Source of the DNA: Candidatus Methylomirabilis oxygeniifera
Lineage (GTDB): Bacteria; Methylomirabilota; Methylomirabilia; Methylomirabilales; Methylomirabilaceae
Length of the DNA stretch: 32,000 nt
Reading direction: 5' to 3'
Assembly: GCA_000091165.1 (NCBI GenBank)
Contig: FP565575.1
Location: 1,140,001-1,172,000 of the forward strand
Part shown: positions 27,735 to 32,000 of the stretch, one piece after another
How positions within the stretch are numbered: position 1 is the stretch's first letter
Layout of the letters: every line of letters begins with the position of its first letter
Translations under genes and position numbers: made by a program
Notes under the pieces: generated by a model
What the model was told of the DNA's origin: nothing
The model's input: the letters and a program-made list of their open reading frames with translations, nothing else
Database searches by the model: none

Positions 27735-28016
27735 ATGACAAAGGCTGACTTGGTAGAATTGGTAGCTGCCCAAGTGTACCTTACCAAAAGAGATACTGAA
27801 GTCGTCGTTGATACCATTCTCGAAAGCATCGCGAAGGCGCTTGCTTCGGAGGACGACGGAAAGGTGGAGCTCCGCGGGTTCGGCAGTTTCCGCACCAGGC
27901 AGCGACGCGCACGGCAGGGTCGGAACCCGCAGAGCGGTAAAGCGGTTCACGTTCCCTCCAAGCGGATCCCATTCTTCAAACCCGGGAAGGAATTGCGGCA
28001 GATCATCGACAGCTAG
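27735..28016 (+). CDS. ihfB: integration host factor subunit beta (HU/IHF family)
   Basis: MTKADLVELVA...VELRGFGSFRTRQRRARQGRNPQSGKAVHVPSKRIPFFKPGKELR parallels E. coli IhfB (MTKSELIE...IEIRGFGSF...GRNPKTG...VPHFKPGKELR). Sits downstream of rpsA. Start moved to ATG 27735. Confidence 0.85.
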   Translation: MTKADLVELVAAQVYLTKRDTEVVVDTILESIAKALASEDDGKVELRGFGSFRTRQRRARQGRNPQSGKAVHVPSKRIPFFKPGKELRQIIDS

Positions 28017-28318
28017 TCCTTTACCCCAATCCAAGGGTACCGTGACAGTCGTATAGGGGCTGCACTCCGTGACCCTATCGCCGACATCGGGCGCGTACCA
28101 TGCCGCCCGTATGATCGTGACCTTAGCCCACCACCGGTCCGCATCTATTCGTTTCGCGACGTCAATCGGAGAAATCGCCCCTCCATCCGATCGTCACTCG
28201 GTAAAAATGTCTTGCGAGAGCAAGGGGTGGGTGTTAGATTTAACTAGATACACGAGACCCTCGTTTACGTTTGCAGCGTTGGAAGCTCAACTTTCTTAAC
28301 AGGATAGAATGCTTCTCG

Positions 28319-28804
28319 ATGGATACGCTATGGGCACCCTGGAGAATGGTCTATGTCGAGAACCACGGGCCTTCCGGCTGCATCTTCTGCGAGGCGTCGG
28401 CAAGCCGACAAGATGAGAAAGCGCTCATTCTTTATCGCAGCCGATCGGTATTTATTCAGATGAATTTATATCCATACAATCCGGGGCATGTTATGATTGC
28501 TCCCTATCGGCATCTCGACGAGCTGCAGAAGTTATCTGCGGACGAGCAGCTCGATCTCATTCAAGAAGCCACCAGAAGTATGACGATCCTGCGTGAACTA
28601 ATGAACGTGGACGGCTTCAACCTGGGCATGAATCAGGGAAAGGTAGCTGGAGCCGGCGTCGAACACCACCTTCATTTACACGTAGTTCCCCGGTGGAACG
28701 GAGACACTAATTTCATGCCCGTCATCGCTGAGACGAAGGTCCTCCCTGAAGCGTTAAGCGCTACCTATCGCAAACTTGTCTCGGCCTTCACTACGACTTT
28801 GTAA
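28319..28804 (+). CDS. HIT-family nucleotidyl hydrolase/transferase (Ap4A phosphorylase / GalT-like branch)
   Basis: Histidine triad [11 protein letters not shown], plus CIFC and [12 protein letters not shown] motifs. Start set at ATG 28319 ([10 protein letters not shown]...). Confidence 0.8.
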   Translation: MDTLWAPWRMVYVENHGPSGCIFCEASASRQDEKALILYRSRSVFIQMNLYPYNPGHVMIAPYRHLDELQKLSADEQLDLIQEATRSMTILRELMNVDGFNLGMNQGKVAGAGVEHHLHLHVVPRWNGDTNFMPVIAETKVLPEALSATYRKLVSAFTTTL

Positions 28805-28817
28805 TAAGGAGAGCCTG

Positions 28818-29303
28818 ATGTTCATTAAGATGACGGTACGCGGCATTGCGCTGGATCCGATTACGAATATGCCGATCGTAATCTTGAAGGATCCGGATGA
28901 GCGCCGCGCCTTGCCGATATGGGTTGGGATTTTTGAAGCGAATGCTATCGCGCTGGAGCTTGAAAAGGTCTCGACGCCTCGACCCATGACCCATGACCTG
29001 CTCAAAAATATCCTGGACGGCCTCGGAATCACGGTTCAGCAGATTACCGTCAATGACCTCAAAGAGAATACCTTCTACGCAACCATCGATCTGAATCATA
29101 ACGGCAGCGTCGTGAAGATCGACTCACGGCCCAGCGATGCTATCGCCCTGGCTCTCCGCACCAACGCCCCGATCTTCGTCGCCGAAAATGTTGTGGCGCA
29201 AGCCAAGAACATCGAGGTGTCAGAAGAAAAGGAAGAGACGGACAAGTGGAAGGAGTGGCTTGAGAATTTGAAGCCCGAAGATTTCGGTAAATACAAAATG
29301 TAG
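28818..29303 (+). CDS. bifunctional nuclease family protein (DUF151/BFN)
   Basis: ...[27 protein letters not shown]...RPMTHDLL...F(Y)A.I......[19 protein letters not shown] is the DUF151 pattern. AAGGAGAG lies 4 nt upstream of ATG 28818. Confidence 0.8.
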   Translation: MFIKMTVRGIALDPITNMPIVILKDPDERRALPIWVGIFEANAIALELEKVSTPRPMTHDLLKNILDGLGITVQQITVNDLKENTFYATIDLNHNGSVVKIDSRPSDAIALALRTNAPIFVAENVVAQAKNIEVSEEKEETDKWKEWLENLKPEDFGKYKM

Positions 29304-29647
29304 CCGCGCCAAACTTCCCGGCCGTTTCGCGCTTCTCCCTCTTTCGTTTCTGTCCTTCATCGTATAGCTCCGATCACCGCACATCACGCCTGTCAATCAT
29401 CAAGAGAAGAGTAGGAGGTCATACAATCGTCGGCCGTGCCGTGTGTCTCAAGGCAAATATGATAGTTGACATAATCTCTCTTATACGACGTACAGCTGTT
29501 GACAGGGCGCTCGGCCGGCAAATCCGAGTTCATGCTTCGACACGCTCAGAACGAACGCGAAAAGGTCACATGGGGGTTAAGTCGGGCAGGCCCTACGGCG
29601 CGGGAGTTCTGACAGAGGTCGACAGCCTAAATCAAAAGACTTATCGC

Positions 29648-30355
29648 TTATCGGGAGATCCGGCCAGACCTATACGATTCCGCCTGCGCTCGCTGGGCCC
29701 AGCCGGTGTTGGGATGGGTCGCGACGATCTGTTCGTACAGCGCGCCGGCGTCTTTCAGTCGACCCATGCCACGGTAGGCTCTCGCGAGATGCAACTGCGC
29801 CTCTGGAAGTAAGGGTTCCTGAGCAAATTGCTCGATCAGCCGAGAGTACGTCTCAACCGCTTTGTCATTGTTGCGCTCTGCCAGGTATGTATCCCCGACT
29901 CCGAGGCCAGCCGAGAAGGCTATCAGACCTCTCGGATTTTTTTCGAGATACGTGGTGTACGCAGTTCGAGCCTCGTTGTACTTACCGACGGTGTAGTAAT
30001 AGGTACCGAGACGAAGCGTGGCCTCCGCAGCGGCTGCGGTTCCGGGGTAGCGATGGACGACGTCGTGTAGGAGTCGAAGACCTTCTGTCTGTTTCGCGTC
30101 ATCAGAGCCGCTTCGCAAAATCACGTCGAGCTGGCCCACTGCCTTGCGCAAGAGAGCCGCAGATTCCGTTTCCTTCCGACCGCTCCAAAAGAAATACCCC
30201 GCAATCACGATAGAGAGGACCAACAGGCCAACGGCCGCCCCAACAGCCCACCTCCATCGGTCGGTGACCATGGCTACGATTCGTGCCGTCCTATCCATCG
30301 CGATGTGGCTTAAATCGCCGCGCCAATCGGGATTATTCGTGCGAGGCCGCGTCAT
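29648..30355 (-). CDS. membrane-anchored tetratricopeptide-repeat protein (YfgM-like)
   Basis: One N-terminal TM helix (WAVGAAVGLLVLSIVIAGYFFW) followed by TPR-like helical repeats. GGGAG lies about 9 nt upstream of ATG 30355. Confidence 0.7.
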   Translation of the reverse strand: MTRPRTNNPDWRGDLSHIAMDRTARIVAMVTDRWRWAVGAAVGLLVLSIVIAGYFFWSGRKETESAALLRKAVGQLDVILRSGSDDAKQTEGLRLLHDVVHRYPGTAAAAEATLRLGTYYYTVGKYNEARTAYTTYLEKNPRGLIAFSAGLGVGDTYLAERNNDKAVETYSRLIEQFAQEPLLPEAQLHLARAYRGMGRLKDAGALYEQIVATHPNTGWAQRAQAESYRSGRISR

Positions 30356-30390
30356 GATATAGTTCTACTCCCTATGAAATTACTAGGCGC

Positions 30391-30467
30391 TGGTGCGCCC
30401 GACAGGACTTGAACCTGCGACACAGGGTTTAGGAAACCCTTGCTCTATCCATCTGAGCTACGGGCGC
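30391..30467 (-). tRNA. tRNA-Arg (anticodon CCT), CCA encoded
   Basis: Minus strand: GCGCCCG-TA-GCTC-AGATGGATA-GAGC-A-AGGGT-TTCCTAA-ACCCT-GTGTC-GCAGG-TTCAAGT-CCTGT-CGGGCGC-A-CCA. A full cloverleaf folds by hand. Confidence 0.9.
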
Positions 30468-30502
30468 CCGGTTATACATCGCGCTGAAGTGAGGCTTATC
30501 GA

Positions 30503-31024
30503 TCAGAACTGGATCAAGGAGAAGACGTCCCGGTCTCCGAACCTCTCTCTCCCTTGCAGAGCCAACAGTTCAACCAAGAAGGCTACTCCGACGACCTGGC
30601 CGCCGAGGCGCGTAATAAGATCGATCGCGGCAGTCATCGTCCCCCCGGTGGCAAGCAGATCGTCCGCCATCAGAATTCGCTGATTGGGCAGAATAGCATC
30701 CTGGTGGATCTCCAGCGTATCGGCGCCATATTCCAAAGCATAGGTGGTACGGTGCGTCTTATACGGCAGCTTACCCGGCTTTCGGATCAACGTCGTGCCA
30801 GCATGAAGTCTATACGCCAAGGCGGCAGCGACGATGAAGCCCCTCGCCTCCACACCAACCACCAGATCGATATGTCGATCATGAAATCGCTCCGCCATCT
30901 GATCAATCGCTGTACGGAAAGCCTTACCGTCTGCGAGTAACGGCGTAATATCCTTAAAAACGATTCCCTTTTTTGGGAAATCCGGGATGTCTCGGATTTT
31001 CTGTTTCAGCAGTTCGATGGGCAT
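30503..31024 (-). CDS. apt: adenine phosphoribosyltransferase
   Basis: 173 aa. IRDIPDFPKKGIVFKDITPLL and the PRPP loop ILMADDLLATGGT. Confidence 0.93.
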   Translation of the reverse strand: MPIELLKQKIRDIPDFPKKGIVFKDITPLLADGKAFRTAIDQMAERFHDRHIDLVVGVEARGFIVAAALAYRLHAGTTLIRKPGKLPYKTHRTTYALEYGADTLEIHQDAILPNQRILMADDLLATGGTMTAAIDLITRLGGQVVGVAFLVELLALQGRERFGDRDVFSLIQF

Positions 31025-31091
31025 TAGTGTTCCTCACAAGATCGCCATCAACAGTCAGCCTCAGATAAAGCAGAACGCGTACCACAATGGA

Positions 31092-31119
31092 GCTGATACC
31101 TGACTGCTGAAGGCTGAAC
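31092..31119 (-). repeat. four tandem NNTCAGY heptamers (minus strand GTTCAGC CTTCAGC AGTCAGG TATCAGC) between tRNA-Pro and apt
   Basis: The reverse complement of 31092-31119 reads as four consecutive 7-mers with a TCAG core. Confidence 0.45.
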
Positions 31120-31142
31120 GCGTGGCTGGGAAGAAAACGAAA

Positions 31143-31220
<78 letters not shown>

Positions 31221-31222
31221 CA

Positions 31223-31864
31223 TCATTCGTCCCATCCTTGCTCGCCGATCAACTTCACGAAGTTACAGTTCCCGAGCTCCTCCCAGCAGACGGTCGTCCC
31301 TCTTTTCGTACCCTTCTTGAGAGCTTGATTCCATGGCTGACCGACCGGCAGCACCAGGCGTCCGCCGTCGGCAAGCTGTTCAGTAAGGCACTGTGGGATG
31401 CTTGGAGCGCCTGCGCTCACGATGATCGCATCAAAGGGCGCCTTGTCCTTCCAGCCGATGGACCCATCCCCTACCCGAATCCACGTGTGGTGGTATCCGA
31501 GCGACTCAAGACGGTATCGGGCGCGTGACGCAAGCCTCCGATTTCGCTCGATCGAGTATACCTTCACGCCTAATTCCGCCAGAATGGCCGTCTGATAACC
31601 TGACCCGGTCCCGATCTCCAGGACCCGCTGATCTTTCTGCAACTCGAGCAACTCTGTCATTAGCGCTACCATAAACGGTTGCGAAATCGTTTGCTTCTCG
31701 CCAATCGGCAGCGAATAATCGCCGTAAGCGCGCCCCCAGAAGGCCTCTTCCACAAACAGATGCCGGTGGACCTTGGCCATTGCGTGCAGGATGCCCGGGT
31801 GCGTAATCCCGCGTCTCACGAGCTGCTCGGCCACCATCCGCTGCCGGGCAACCGCGTAATCCAT
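31223..31864 (-). CDS. pcm: protein-L-isoaspartate O-methyltransferase
   Basis: 213 aa. ...[16 protein letters not shown]...[18 protein letters not shown] (SAM motif I) ...[10 protein letters not shown]. Confidence 0.92.
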   Translation of the reverse strand: MDYAVARQRMVAEQLVRRGITHPGILHAMAKVHRHLFVEEAFWGRAYGDYSLPIGEKQTISQPFMVALMTELLELQKDQRVLEIGTGSGYQTAILAELGVKVYSIERNRRLASRARYRLESLGYHHTWIRVGDGSIGWKDKAPFDAIIVSAGAPSIPQCLTEQLADGGRLVLPVGQPWNQALKKGTKRGTTVCWEELGNCNFVKLIGEQGWDE

Positions 31865-31952
31865 TATGGAATCGCAAACCTGTTATGTTATACGCGTCAG
31901 TTGACGGTTCCGTCACGCGGTGACGCGCCGCCGCCCTACCGTCAACGATAGG

Positions 31953-32000
31953 TCATCCCACAAAAATTTCCATCTCCTGAGCTTCTTCACGGCGCTCGAG
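31953..32000 (-). CDS. 3' end of an unidentified CDS (partial)
   Basis: The minus strand is open from the window edge to TGA (31955-31953): ...LERREEAQEMEIFVG*. Too short to name. Being upstream of pcm makes surE a guess only. Confidence 0.3.
   Translation of the reverse strand, partial: LERREEAQEMEIFVG

Overview
This window looks like a core chromosomal segment of a diderm (Gram-negative-type) bacterium at roughly 55-60% G+C. I cannot assign a taxon from sequence alone. Almost all of it is densely packed housekeeping genes. In order: leuA (3' end), asd, truA, a Tat-exported Met-rich multicopper oxidase, a SurA_N/DsbA-like thiol-disulfide protein and a SnoaL-like protein. Then an accessory island at about 5.85-10.3 kb. 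Then leuS-lptE-holA, rpsT (-), murJ, ilvB-ilvN-ilvC, metF, miaA, aroA, cmk, plsC, rpsA, sppA, ihfB, a HIT-family protein and a DUF151 bifunctional nuclease. On the minus strand follow a membrane-anchored TPR protein, tRNA-Arg(CCT), apt, tRNA-Pro(CGG), pcm and the 3' end of one more CDS. The island is a graveyard of defence and mobile genes. It holds a type III restriction Res helicase-nuclease that has lost its N-terminus (Walker A) to the 3' remnant of an IS481/IS3-type DDE transposase, and no mod gene. It also holds short palindromic repeats, a 48-aa orphan HTH stub, and an intact AT-rich hicA-hicB toxin-antitoxin pair bracketed by two diverged direct copies of a ~310-340 bp non-coding unit. 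I see no complete novel multi-gene system. The items most worth a second look are the repeat-bracketed hicAB cassette, a family of tandem heptamers (NNTCAGY)n just downstream of stop codons at six loci, several other intergenic palindromic elements, and a +1 frameshift in a G6 run inside the normally essential murJ. All protein calls rest on motif recognition by eye and on synteny. No database search was run.
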